Part shown: in pieces, positions 37,736 to 51,741 of the stretch
Position numbering within the stretch: the first letter of the stretch is position 1
Layout of the letters: every line of letters begins with the position of its first letter
Assembly (NCBI RefSeq): GCF_030028105.1
Contig: NC_092378.1
Span: 107,683,731 to 107,747,730, forward strand
DNA: 64,000 nt
DNA from: Mobula birostris
Lineage: Eukaryota
Direction: 5' to 3'
Notes under the pieces: generated by a model
What the model was told of the DNA's origin: nothing
Database searches by the model: none
Seen by the model: only the letters and a program-made list of their open reading frames with translations
Position numbers and translations under genes: made by a program

Positions 37736-40700
37736 GTGTATTTATCCTTTGTCCCACACTTTCCAAACCTGCAGATATACAGGCACACCAAAAAAGCTGA
37801 GATACTGAGATAGTCTACACTCCCCATCTCCATACTTCTGATGATCCCAGATAAGTTTCTCAAATGTTTTAACAAGCTGAATCCCAAATAACTGTAAGTT
37901 TTCATAACATCAGGCATCTAAATCAGCTTTCACATCACATTAGGTTTTCATCATAAAACCAGTTTTCTCAATACATTAATTAACTTTAAGTAATTTCACA
38001 AAACATTTAAAGTTACATATTGTATAATTAAATCCTTCACTAAGTGAGATAATAGATGTTGCTTCAATATTAAATAAATTGCACAAAGTAGTGGGTGTGC
38101 GAAATTGTGTATTTCTGCAGCAGAATAAAATAAAGTTACAGTGATTGGTACAATGGTACAATATATATTTGAAAGGAAAGTCAAAAAGGACTGTTATAAT
38201 TATATATTTGAGATTAGGAAAGATAATGTTTTTCTTTCCCTCTCGATCTTGCACTAGTATTGTTTATTTTGTTGTATAATTTTCACATCTGCAAATTATG
38301 TATAATTTATGTTATTGTAAGTTTATATTAACAGCGGTTTGTCTCTGTACCCATATGTACTGCTCTTCTGCTACATACAAGTAATCTTCAAGGCTCTTTT
38401 ACCCTGCGTGAACTTGAGCTTTAATTTCTTTTTCCAATCTTCCAATCCAGTGTGCTGTATTCAGTGTTTACAACACGGTCTCTTCTTCACTGGAGAAACC
38501 AAATGCAAATTGACGATGACTTTGCAGACTATCACCATTCAATTTAATGGATGACCCTGTCCTTTGAGTTGTCTTTCACTTTAATTCTTCATCTCACTCC
38601 CACTGAATGAATAATTTCTTATACTGGGGCCACGAATACTGTTTCACCAAACCCAAAATAAGCTCAAGGAATAATCCCTCATCTTCCCTGTGGACAAATT
38701 GTAGCCTCCAAGATACAACAGACTCCAATAATTAGTCTTCCTTGTTTATGTTAGAACTGGTCAGTTTGATGTTTGATAGCATTCACTCAGATTTTTTCTC
38801 TTTCTCTAGATCTCCTTGATCTTCCCAGTATTTCCAAAATCCTCTTTCATTTCAATTTTCCAACAACTGCAGTTCCTACATCTCAGAGTTCCACCATTTT
38901 ATTTGTCTGTCTATTATCTTCATTCATCTTCCTGCCTATATTCCTCCAAGAAGCTCGATATTTGTGAATACTGGAGAGAAATGTTCTCTATTCTAGCTCA
39001 GATACATCCTCTGTTCTCTCCTCAGACTGAAACCTGAAGCTTGTTTTCACACTTTTCCAGTTTTAACAAGAGGTCACTGATATGTTTCTCCCTCAAGTGC
39101 TGCCTGGCCTACTGAGTACCTCGAAAACTCTTTTTTTCTCTTTCAGTCTTTCGATATTTTACTTTCCTTTGATAGAGTTATTTTGGGATAAACTGCAAAG
39201 TAGGAGAAATAGGGATAACGTGAAGGCAGAAGTTTAATTAAGTTTAATTAAGCATTATTATCTTAATGAACTCAGCACAACATTATGGACCAGAGGCCTG
39301 TTCCAGTGCTTTACAGTTCTATGTTCTAAATTGCATCTTCCAAATTTGCATTACTCTGTACTAAATTTCCCAGATAATGATCACTGCACAGATATTTACC
39401 TGCTGGTCTTAGCAGTGTGATTTTATACTCGGGTAAGGAGGGCAGTAAGAGGAGAAAAGGTTATATATGGTGGATTGTACATTGAGAACCTGCAGATGTT
39501 TAAATCATTACTCCAGAAGGCACACTTGCCTTCTTTACTCTGATGCACTGGTTTAGTACCTTTATGTTTGAAATCAGAAAAAAGAACCAGTTTGTTGATA
39601 CAAAATTGTAAATCTATTTGTGATATATTCCTGAATATCTCTGTCCCTCTGTGTCATACTGTATCATATAATACTCAATAACATGTGATCCTTTCAAAAT
39701 TCACCTTCAGTTTTGATCCATAGTGAGTCTAATAACCACATTCTTCCTGACAGGTATGTAGACAGTAAGGCAGAATTGTTAAATAACCATTACATTCACA
39801 GTTTGATGTCCTCTTTCCTTCACCTTTGAGTCTTTTCCTGCCCTTTCAGAATTTCACTAGAATTCATTTAATTGAAACTTTAATGACTATTTTTCACCCA
39901 AGCTTTTGCTGTGTTTCATTAAAAATATTTTATTGTAACTTTTTTATTTATAGCCATCTTTACAAAAATGTCTAGAAACAGCAGTCCTTTAAAGAATGCT
40001 AAATTTATTCAACATTCTCTTCTGACAGAAAAACTGCAGCTTCCCCTTCAAATCCATGCCAATTCCCATCTGTATTAATTTTCCCATCAATGCATTCCCA
40101 ACTAGTTTAATTTTACATTTCCATCAAGTCTACCATCCAGCTGAACTAAGGGCAATTTACAGTGGCCAATTAATCTAGCCACATGCTGTTGGGATGTGGG
40201 TGGAAACCACAGCACTCGGAAGAATCCCGTGTGATCACAGGGAAAGTGTTCATACCCCACAGAGACAGGACTAGAGGTCAGGATTGAATTGGACCACTGA
40301 AGCTATTGTACTGCGATTCTATCAGCTGAGTTATTTTTTTTAAGATTATTTTCCGTTTGCAATATTTCTCACTTCATGGACATTATTTCTGAGGTTAATT
40401 ACATTGTGGAATTGTTTCAGCATTTAATTGGATAATTGTAATGGGTTTATTATTGTCACATCTACCGAGACAATTTAAGATGGTGCTGGTGAACGTCAGT
40501 GACTTATTGCTGGTGGCCAATGAAACAACTAAACACTCTTTTTCTAATCAACGATTATTGCAAACAAAAGCATGTAACTTTACCTTGAACTTGGAGGCAA
40601 TTCGATGTGGTAGAACCAAGGCGAGGTGAGGAAGCTGGCCCCTCGGCAAGAGCAAGGAAGACCCAAGCTTCAATCAATTTAAGCGCCTGGCCGAATTGGA

Positions 40701-41887
40701 AATATCGGATACAGGTCGAATGAAGGTGGCAGAGCCCAGACCCAAGAGCGTATCGTAGGGACTGAACCCAAACAATTTAAGTGCCGGGCCCAGATGGAAA
40801 GTTCTAATACAGGCCAAATCAAGGTGGTGGGGTCCAGGCCCCAGAGCATATCAAAGTGACTGAACTCAATTATTGGACAATGATCTAGGCACCAGGCAAG
40901 ATTGAAAAGTTCAGGGTGTTGGGGCCCAAAGTTAAGCTCATTGCTCCATGATGTTTACTCGGCTCTGCGCTGAACAAAGGGTCTACAAATGGACTGTCTT
41001 TATGGACATCAGAATACTATTTGTTTACGCTTATTGTTTGCAAGATTTGTTTTTTCTCTGCACATTGGGTGTTGGACAGAATTCTTTTCAATGGTTTTTT
41101 TTGGGTTTATTTGTTTTGTGGCTGCCTGTAAGGAGATCAATCCCAAGGACATATAATGTACACATACGAGTACTTTGATAATAAATGTACTTGGAACTTG
41201 GAACTTTTGAAATTTGAGATAACTGTGTAAAGCATTCGTTTGCATGCCTTACAGACAGGTCATTCAAAATGTTAGTCCATCAAGATATCAAACCCTGGTT
41301 AGATTATATTTGGGAGGTTGTGTGGAATACTGGTTGTCATCATTACAGGAAGGATACGGAGGCATTGCAGAGAGTGCTGAACTGATTTGCAATGACACTG
41401 CCTGGATTAGCGGGCATTAGCTATAAGGAGAGATGAAAACGCCTGGATGGTTTCCTCCTGGCAAAGGAGGCTGAGGGGAGAACTTTAGAGTTTAATCAAC
41501 TTACAAGAAGCATTGATATGGTAGCTAGCCAGAGCCTTTCTCCCAGCTTAGAAATGTTGAAAACTAAAGCGTATAGCTTTCAAGTCAGAGAGGGAAAATA
41601 TAAATTGGATCTTCAAGGCATGCTTTTGCACACAGAGTGTTTTTTGCCTGGAACGCACTGTGGGGGATAGTAGCAGTTACTATAGTGGCATGCAGGATGT
41701 TTTTAGATAGACACATGCCATGCCTATGCAGGAAAACAACCATGTGCAGGCAGTAGAGATGAGTTTGATTTGGCAAAGACATAATGTGGCAAAGGCTGTG
41801 TTACTGCATAGCACTGTTCTATGTTCTAAAAGGAAAAAAAAGGATGCAGAATATAATGTTACAGGTATGCAAATAAGGTCAAAGCTA

Positions 41888-43465
41888 CAGTGGCATGCAA
41901 AAGTTTGGGCACCCCCGGTCAAAATTTCTATTACTGTGAATAACTAAGCGAGTAAAAGATGACCTGATTTCCAAAAGGCATAAAGTTAAAGATGACACAT
42001 TTCTTTAATATTTTAAGCAAGATTACTTTTTTATTTTATCTTTTACAGTTTCAAAATAACAAAAAAGGAAAAGGGCCCAAAGCAAAACTTTGGGCAATCT
42101 GCATGGTCAGTACTTAGTAACACCAGCTTTGGCAAGTATCACAGCTTGTAAACACTTTCTGTAGCCAGCTAAGAGTCTTTCGATTCCTGTTTGGGGGATT
42201 TTTGCCCATTCTTCCTTGCAAAAGGCTTCTAGTCCTGTGAAATTCTTGAGACGTCTTGTATGCACTGCTCTTTTGAGGTCTATCCACAGATTTTCGATGA
42301 TGTTTAGGTCGGGGGACTGTAAGGGCCATGGCAAAACCTTCAGCTTGCGGCTCTTGAGGTAGTCCATTGTGGATTTTGAGGTGTGTTTAGGATCATTATC
42401 CTGTTGTAGAAGCCATCCTCGTTTCATCTTCAGCTTTCTTACAGAAGGCGTGATGTTTGTTTCCAGAATTTGCTGGTACTTAATTGAATTCATTCTTCCC
42501 TCTACCAGTGAAATGTTCCCCATGCCACTGGCTGCAATACAAGCCTAAAGCATGATCAATCCACCCCCATGCTTAACAGTTGGAGAGGTGTTCTTTTCAT
42601 GAAATTCTGCATCCTTTTTTCTCCAAACATACCTTTGCTTATTGCGGCCAAAAAGTTCTATTTTAACTTCATCAGTCCACAAGACTTGTTTCCAAAATGC
42701 ATAAGGCTTGTTCAGATGTTCCTTTGCAAACTTCTGACGCTGAATTTTGTGATGAGGACGCAGAAAAGGTTTTCTTCTGATGACTCTTCCATGACCACCA
42801 CTCCAGAGTCTACTAAATCTTCCTGAAGGTCTTTTGCAGTCAAACGGAGGTTTTGATTTGCCTTTCTAGCAATCCTACGAGCAGTTCTCTCGGAAAGTTT
42901 TCTTGGTCTTCCAGACCTCAACTTGACTTCCACCGTTCCTGTTAACTGCCATTCCTTAATTACATTATGAACTGAGGAAACAGCTACCTAAAAATGCTTT
43001 GCTATCTTCTTATAGCCTTCTCCTGCTTTGTGGACATCATTTATTTTAATTTTCAGAGTGTTAGGCAGATGATTAAAGGAGCCCATGGCTGCTGATTGTT
43101 GGGACAAGGTTTGAGGAGTCAGGATGTTAATAAAGCATTGAAATCTGCATCACATGGTCTTTCCTAATGATGACTGTGAACAAGCCATAGCCCTAACAAG
43201 CTAGTTGAGGTCTGAGACCTTGGTAAAATTTATATGAGAGCTGAAATCTCTTGGGGTGCCCAAACTTTTGCATTGTGCTCCTTTCCTTTTTTTCACTCTA
43301 AAATTGTACAAAACAAAAATAACACACTAATCATGCTTAAAATGTTGAAAAGAATGCTTCATCTTTCACTTTATGACTTTTGGAGATCAGTTCAACTTTT
43401 ATTCACTTAACTATTCACAGTAACAGAAATTTTGACCAGGGTGCCCAAATTTTTGCATGCCACTG
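41888..43465 (-). mobile_element. Near full-length Tc1 (IR/DR type) DNA transposon with a disrupted transposase (43086 to 42107)
   Basis: TIR CAGTGGCATGCAAAA.TTTGGGCACCC at both ends, TA duplication, inner direct repeats near 42080 and 43255. QQDNDPKH and WP.QSPDLNIIENLW motifs. Premature stops and a deletion. Confidence 0.95.
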
Positions 43466-44393
43466 TACATACGAGGTAGATTGTGAGACCGAAAGTTCAT
43501 CTTTATCATACCAGAAGTGTGTTCAAGAGTCTTATAACAGTGGGACCGAATTTGTCCTTGGCTCTGGACAAGTTTTTAAGCTTTTGTATCTTCTGTTTGG
43601 TGGGATGTGCAGAGTAGTGGAGTGATCATAAGACCGTAACACCATAAGATAGCCATAACCCCATAAGATATAGGAGCAAATTAGGCCATTTGGCCCATCA
43701 AGTCTGTTCTACCCCTTCATCATGGCTGATCCAATTTTCCCCTCAGCCCCAATCTCCTGCCTTCTCCCCGTATCTCTTCATGCCCTGACATACCAAGGAT
43801 TTATCAACTTCTGCCTTAAATATGTATAAAGACTTCCAAAGCTGTCTGTGATAAAAAGTTCCACTGATTCACTATTCTCAGGCCAAAGAAATGTTTCCTC
43901 ATCTCCATCCTAAAAGGATGAGGATATCCATTCTCACCTCTCTTTTACATTTTATGTATCTGAAGAAACATTTGGTATCCTCTTTAAAATTATAAGCTTA
44001 CTCTCGTATTCTATCACGATCTTCTTAATGACTTTTTATTGCCTTCTGTTGGTTTTTATAAGCTTCCCAATCCTCTAACTTCACACTAATTTTTGCTCTA
44101 TTATGTGCCCTCTCTTTGGCTTTTATATTGGGTTTGACTGCTCTTGGTAGCCATGGTTTTGTCATCTTTCCTGTAGAATACTTGCTCCTCTTTGGGATGT
44201 ATATATCCTGTGCCTTCCGAATTGCTTCCGAATTCCAGCTATTACTGCTCTATTATCATCCCTGCCGGTGTTCTTTTCCAATCAATTCTGGCCAACTCCT
44301 CTCTCGTGCCTGTGTAATTCACTTCACTCCCCTGTAGTACTGATACATAAGACACCAGCATCTCCTTCTCAAATTTTGGGGTGAATCCAATCA

Positions 44394-44813
44394 TATAGTC
44401 ATAGTCATAGTCATAGTCATACTTTATTGATCCCAGGGGGAAATTGGTTTTTGTTACAGTTGCACCATAAATAATAAATAGTAATAGAACCATAAATAGT
44501 TAAATAGTAATATGTAAATTATGCCAGTAAATTATGAAATAAGTCCAGGACCAGCCTATTGGCTCAGGGTGTCTGACCCTCCAAGGGAGGAGTTGTAAAG
44601 TTTGATGGCCACAGGCAGGAATAACTTCCTATGATGCTCTGTGTTGCATCTCGGTGGAATGAGTCTCTGGCTGAATGTACTCCTGTGCCCACCCAGTACA
44701 TTATGTAGTGGATGGGAGACATTGTCCAAGATGGCATGCAACTTGGACAGCATCCTCTTTTCGGACACCACCGTGAGAGAGGCCAGTTCCATCCCCACAA
44801 CATCACTGGCCTT
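44394..44813 (-). mobile_element. Young Rex1-like 3' end nested in CR1
   Basis: ILDNVSHPLH...FLPVAIKLYN and a (GACTAT)n tail. Confidence 0.75.
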
Positions 44814-45320
44814 AGGGGCAATATCACTTGCCCCTAAAGAATCTTTCACCTTAAGCTCTCTAATGAATTCTGGCTCATTGTGCAACACCCAATTCAGAAT
44901 AACTGTTCCTGCTCAGCCATGAGTTGTTCTAAAAACCCATTTCACAGGCATTCAAGAATTTTCCCCTCTTGGAATCCTGCACAAACATAATTTTCCCAAT
45001 CTACCTGCATATTGAATTCCCCCATGACTATTGTAACATTGTCCTTTTACCACAGATTTTCTGTCTCCCGCTGTAATTTGTAGACCACATTTTTACTACT
45101 GTTTGGCATCTGTATACAACTCCCATCAGGGTCTTTTTAACCTTGCAGTTCCTCAGCTCTATCCAAAATGATTCAACCCCTTCTGAACCATTGCTACCTA
45201 AAATGATTTGATTTCATTTTTTACCAACAGAACAAAGCCATCTCCTCTGCCTTCCTGCCTGTACTTTCAATACAGCGGCATACATGCCAACCTGTAACAG
45301 TGCTACAAGTTCATCTACCT

Positions 45321-47497
45321 CAGCGATTCCCAACGGGAGATAGACCGCCCCCAAGGAGCCAGTTACATGCTCTGAGGGGGTGTTAGGGGAAATAGAAATC
45401 GCTGGGAGGTGTTCAAGATTCTTAGGGAGGCGGTAAGTGGCACCCTTACTTGAGACACACCTGACTGACCATCAGTAGAGCAGGAACTTCCAAAAAAAAA
45501 GGATGAGGCACTGAATGAGTTCCTCTAGACTCTTCGCACGGAATGAGTTCATGTAATTTAACAATTGGTAAGCCAAGTACAGGTCATGCAACAATTCAGT
45601 GATGGCCGGAACCAAATGGTGAAATAGAGCCAATCAATGAAAATGTTGACCCAGAGGATTCCTCGAGATATTCACAGTGACCTCGGTTTCATATGTGGCG
45701 TCAAGAACCATCTTTGGCGATTATGAGACCTTATGTGATTGGTCAATTGTGCTAACCGGAATAGTATGTAGGTAGCTTGCCGAACACCAGCTCTATCCCA
45801 ACTAACATTCAGATTCAATGACCTTGATTGTGGTCTTATTGCTTCTTATAGCATTTCCAAAGTGACAGCGAAGTGTAGAAAATCTCATACAATTGGTGAA
45901 AGATTAATATGCTATATCAGAAGTGTGCACCACTGTTCTCACAACAGATCTCAGTATTTTAAAATCAATTCCTCTGCATAGTAACTCTGTAGTTCATTGT
46001 ATTGAAGAAGTCACTGAGTATCAACTATGCACAGAGCTACAGAAAACAGAATTTGGAATACAACTGGATGAGTCAACTGTGCGAGACATTGAGACATTGC
46101 TAATGGTATATGTACAGTTTACCAAAAATGGAAAAGTTTATGAAGAGATTCTCTTTTGTAAAAAGTTAAAAACAAATAGCAACAGAGAATCAATCTATGA
46201 CGAGCTAAAAATGTATATTGAGGATAAAAGTATTCCAATTAGGAACATGATTTCTTGTGCAACCAACAGAGCACCATCTATGACAGGTCACCATGCTGAT
46301 AGTGTGGCATTTATGAATAAAGAAATTCCAAGTCAGTTTGTGTATTTCATCATCAACACCTCGCAGCCAAAAACCTCAGCCAGCAACTTTTTTCTAGCAT
46401 GTCTTTTGCAACATCTGCTATCAACAAAATTAAAGCTCGTCCGTTAAATAGCAAGATATTTTGACAGTTATGCTAAGATAACGCTGAATAATTTGAATGC
46501 TTGCTTCATCACACTGAAGTGTGTTGCCTATCAAAAGGCTGCTGCTTAAAACATCTCTTTGATCTTTTTAACACTATGGTTGAATTTTTGCTGAAAGTCG
46601 ACAAGAGCTTGGGAAGCATTGATCTTCTACATGAGATGGGGAATACTCAGTCAATCTGTATGATGAAATGAACATTCTAAATATGAAACTGCAGGGTGAG
46701 AATTTCAATTTAATCCAGACAAAAAGTGCAGTGTCCACTTTTATTGAAAAATTGGAAATATATAAGCAAAACATTAGGAGAAGAATGTTCTCACGGTTTC
46801 TTCAAAGGGGAAGTATGGCACTCTCTTTCCCAGATGGTGATTTGCAAGAGTATTCCTTACACCTTTAGTCACTGAAGAAGGATTTTCAGAATGGATTCAA
46901 GGATTTGAACAATCTGGAGATTCCAGACTGAGTTATTAACTGATTCCTTTGCAAGATGGAAGAACAAGAAGAGAGCTTGCAAGAAGAAGTTATTGAAATT
47001 CAAATGATGAAGAGGCAAAAATGCTTTTCAGAAATGTCAGCTTTTGTGGTATGTGGCGACACTGTCATATGAAGTTTCCTGGTCTTCGGAGAAAAACCAA
47101 GCTGCCCTTCATTGCATTTCCATCCTCCTATCTTGTTGAAAGAGGCTTCAGCGCAGTGAACCACATACTCACAAAAAACAGAAAGCATTTGGACATTGGT
47201 ACATATGGGGTCTTGAGGCTTTTGTTGTCACAACTTGAACCAGTTATTTCAACTCTTACTAAAAACCATCAAGCTCAAGGATCACATTAATATTGAAGCT
47301 GCTGTACAGTGCGCAGGTAATGAGTAAGCTGGGTATAAAGATAAATAAAAATTTAAAGTGGAATCATTTTTTTCATGTTAGCATATGGTAGACATGTTTT
47401 TACACTACGGGGGCGTCAGAAAGTATACTTTGCTTGAGAGGGGTGTTGACATGTACGCAGGTGCTTTAGGGGGGGCAAAAAAGGGTGGGAAACACTG
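45321..47497 (+). mobile_element. hAT Buster/Charlie-type DNA transposon with decayed transposase
   Basis: TIRs CAGCGATTCCCAAC and reverse CAGTGTTTCCCACC. Perfect 8-bp TSD ATCTACCT (45313-45320, 47498-47505). FGIQLDEST, HTEV and FPSSYLVERGFS motifs. Confidence 0.93.
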
Positions 47498-49181
47498 ATC
47501 TACCTTATTCTGTGTACAGAGCATATTCAATTATAACACCTTCAGTCCTGTATTCAATCTTTTCGATTTTGTCCATCTTTTACATTGCAACTAATGCTGT
47601 TCACTGCAATTTTGCCTCTCCTCACTACATAGTGCCTCTCTTTATCAACCATCTACCTCGTCTTCTGCACAATCATCTGACTCTCGTATGATACTTCTTG
47701 TATTGAAAAATACACAGCACAAGACACAAGTTGCACCATGCTGATCCTTTTGATTCTTAACTTTGTCTGAGGTCTTACCAACAACTGCCTCCACAATCTC
47801 TTCACTAACTGTTCTGGCACTCTGGTTCCCATCCCCCTGCAACTCAAGTTTAAACCACACTGTGCAGCATTACAAACTTTCCTGGGTGGATATTAGTCCC
47901 CCTCCAGTTCAGATGCAAACTATCCCTTCTGTTCAGGTCCCACCTTCCCTGAAAGAGAGTCCAATGTTCCAAAACTCTTATTCCCTCCCTCCTATACCAA
48001 CTCCATAGTCATCTATTAAACTGTATAATCTTCCCAGTTCTGGCCTCACTAGCATGTGGCATGGATAGCAATCCTGAGATCACAACCCTAGAGGTCCTGC
48101 CCTTTAACTTAGCCCCTAACTTCCTGTGCTTGCTGTGCAGAACCTCATCACACATCCTAACCATGTCATTGGTAGCTACATGGACCACAACCTCTGGCTG
48201 TTCACCCTTCTACTTAAGTGTGCTGAGGACTCAATCTGAGAGGCCCTGGGCCCTGGCACCTGGGAGGCAACGTACCATCCAAGAATCTTGTTCTCACCCA
48301 CAGAACTTCCTGTCCATTCCTCAGTGCCTCAGGACACAGTGCCAGAGACCCGACCACTGTGACTTTCCTCTGTTAGGTCAACCCCCACCCAGCAGTATCC
48401 AAAAGTGATATACCTGTTGTTGAGGGGGATGTCCACAGGGTACTCTGCACTGGCTCTGTAGCCTCCTTCCCCTTCCTGACTGCCCCCAGTTTTCTGTGTC
48501 CTGCACCTTGGGTGTAACTATTTCTCTTTATGTCCTATCTATCACCCCTCCAGCATCTGGAGTTCATGCAGTTCGAGCTCCAACTCCTTAATGTTGCTTC
48601 ATTGCAACTCCACTGACTCTTCTAATGCTTCTGCTCAGTCACGCTGGTTATTTGATGTCTGGCAATGATGGAATGGAATTTTGCTCCAACTGATCTTTGT
48701 GAAGAACAAAAACATTGACTATGCCTGCTTAACTCTAATATCAGACCACTGACTTCATCAGTCTCTGTTTGGTCAGGCCTGTAACCATCTACTCTGCTGA
48801 GCTTGTGGCTGACTTTTCTTCTCTAAATGTCCCTGTAACATCAGCTCAGATCACCCATGTCTATGAAATTCCAGACCAATTTTCCAAAGTTGCCCTGGTC
48901 GTCCTGACACCCTACACCTTCCATCACCTGTGCATAAACAAATCCTTCAGCCGCATGCTAATACACTTCATTTACGTGATTCTAGACCTACACACTTCCT
49001 GGTCTAATATGGCTACATTATCATTCATTCTGTCCAGTCAGTTTCTATGCAGTGTACACAGCAGGTGTTTTGTGAATATTCAAAAACCATGTCTCCCTGC
49101 ACACTGGGGGTAAACAGTTGTGAAATAAAAAGACCGAGGGGGAGGAGGATGAGTTTGAATGGGGGAATTCAATGTCAGATC

Positions 49182-49581
49182 TAGCCCAAAATAACAATAA
49201 AATGAAATAAACTCATTATATCAGGGTTAGTTTGGAAATGCATATTGATTGATGAATATTAATGTGCATTTACTGATAACTTATATGGCAATAAACTAAA
49301 CCTTTACAATTGTGTGTCAAATGAAATATATGCAGGTAGTGTTTAGCTTTTCTGGACAGGATATCTTTGCTAACAGTTGTATGTGAAACGGACGATTAGT
49401 TCTCTATTCACTATTGTCTCTTATCATTAGATTACGCAGTCCATGAATCAGGACCCACAACCAATGGGAAAGTGGGGTGGAGAGGGTGTGGCTCAGTGTG
49501 AATTACAATAAATACGGACACATCAAGCCAAAGGTATCGGCCGGTTATTGAGAGATCTGAAGAAGTGAAAACTCAGCAACA
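49182..49581 (+). promoter_or_regulatory. alpha2 promoter and 5'UTR
   Basis: Same GATA-CCAAT-CACCC-ATAAA array as alpha1 (about 49420-49514). Confidence 0.85.
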
Positions 49582-50502
49582 ATGGTACTCTCTGGCCCCA
49601 ACAAACAGGTTATAGAGGAACTGGGCAACCACATCAAGGCAAATGCTGAAGCTTGGGGTGCAGATGCTTTAGCCAGGTAATTTTCTTATCATATAATTAT
49701 TGCACTTTCAGCTATTATTTGTAATCGTTAACATTTCTTTGCATTTTCCTTGCACGGTGAGATCACCAATAAATATACAGGCATTCGCTGCATAGAATTG
49801 AAGTTTTTTTTCCAAAATAATGTGATTGCTGGTCTGAAGAATAACAGAATTTAATCCTGTGAGATGTAGTGTATATTGTGTCTGCAAATAATTTCTGCCT
49901 TCATTTTCCATGTTTGTGAAGGTTGTTTGAGATCCACCCTCAAGCTAAGACGTACTTCCCAAAATTCAATGGCTACAAAGCTTCTGACCAGCCTGTCAGA
50001 AGACATGGTCGCATTGTCATGGAAGCTGTGGCGGATGCAGCCCATAACGTGGACAACCTGAGTAAACACCTGGAAAAGCTTGCCAAGAGACATGGTGAAG
50101 AACTTCTTGTGGATCCTCACAACTTTCAGGTATGTAACAATTTTACAGATTCTTCCTCATTGTCATGACACAAACTATGTTATTGTGATTAGATCAACAA
50201 CTATGAACTTTCAACTTTATTTTATTCAGTGTAATCTTGTTCAGTTTAGCTGAGAATACTTTTTCCTGCTACATTATACATAGGAAAGCAGTCAAAGTAC
50301 AAACAACTCTCACAAGTAAAATCATCCGTTGACAATATTAACACTGCCTTATGTTACTTATTTTTCACTTTTCCAGCTGTTGGCTGATTGTATCGCAGTC
50401 ACCCTGGCCATTCACTTGCCTGCGTTCACCCCTGCAACCCACTGTGCTGTCGACAAGTTCCTTGAGTTGCTCGCACATGAATTGAGCTCCAAGTACCGTT
50501 AA
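49582..50502 (+). CDS. hba: Haemoglobin alpha chain, copy 2 (3 exons: 49582-49676, 49922-50129, 50377-50502)
   Basis: [44 protein letters not shown]...RRHGRIV...[15 protein letters not shown]...SSKYR*. Same exon lengths as copy 1 (95/208/126 nt), intact splice sites, AATAAA at 50568-50573. Confidence 0.97.
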
Positions 50503-51741
50503 AGACACAATGAACAAACTACAGTGAACGACAGCAAGATCATTATCATAATTGATAAACTAAGCTAAATAAACTTTTACTTCAATCAATGCTTTATCAT
50601 TTGCTGTGGCTGATTTATTAAGTATTCTCAATTTCAGAGAACTGTGAGATACGTCCATTAGCAAAAACACAAACAATATTGCAGGGTCTGTTTACCTCTA
50701 TCACTAGATAACAACAAAGAGGAAAAATAACTTGGACATAAAAGCATTGAGCCAACAAATGTCTGTTTGCATGGCAGTTACTTTTCGCCCCATTGTAAAT
50801 GAATCAAGCTCACAGCAGAGATTTCTGAAAAACAAATATCTGAAATAGGAGATCAAAATCTCTCCATATGGAGTTTATACAATCAACAACATATTCATGA
50901 CTCACTACGCAAAGCAAGCTTTACACTTAAAATATAGATAAATAGAGTTGTAGAGTTGTACAATATGGAAAAAGGCCATTCAGCCCAGCTCATCCATGCC
51001 TACTAATGTCTGTCTGACCTAGTCCCATCTCCTCACTTTGTTCCTGTTTCTACAGCCTGTTCTCCCACCACATTTCATACACCCACCACACTGTGAGGGA
51101 AAAGTTCCCCTACCATTGTCTTTTAAATTATTTCCCTTTCACCAGAAAACCATGTTGTTCAGTTTTAGACTCCCCTACACTCGGATAAAGACTATGATCA
51201 TCCATTTATGCCCTCATGATCATATACAACTCTGTCAGCTCACCCCTCAGTCTCCTACAGTCCAAGGAAAATGTGAAAAGTAATTCAGTCTCTCCTTAAA
51301 ACTTTATCCTGAAAAAGTATTTTGTTATGTTTTTATATTAATATATTCAATCACATAGTTATAAAAATTCAACTTCAAATTTTAAATGGGATAAGATCAT
51401 CATTATTGTCTTTTTCAAAATCATAATGAATAGAGGAATTTATTTTTCGTATCTGGAACACCAAAATGGACCATTCAGTTGGTTTAAGTAACTCCAAAAT
51501 TTCCTGCAATACAATTGCTGGAAGTCCACTCTAAGATGCAAATTATCCTTTTGTGATGAGTGCAGCTTGATATCAGTATCTTGGGGATATATAGACTATT
51601 TTGAGATTCATCTGCAATTGCCTCCACTTTTGTACGTCAATACGCTTCAGGATATCATTGAAAATTTCCTTAAACTCACCCAGTTTCATATTCTTTGCCA
51701 CAGTAAATACAGATGAGAATACACATTTAAAACTTTACCCT

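Larger units (their letters stand above)
43930..48590 (-). mobile_element. CR1 LINE 5' half (ORF1 esterase and endonuclease), interrupted by nested inserts
   Basis: Minus strand CLPGAR...GEQPEVVVHVATND (SGNH-type ORF1) at ~48160-48290. Matches the family at 981-1700. Confidence 0.8.

Noticed and set aside
45923-47290. Domesticated ZBED8/SCAND3-like gene
   Set aside because: Many stops and frameshifts, a mutated catalytic motif, and retained TIRs and TSD. It is a dead transposon.
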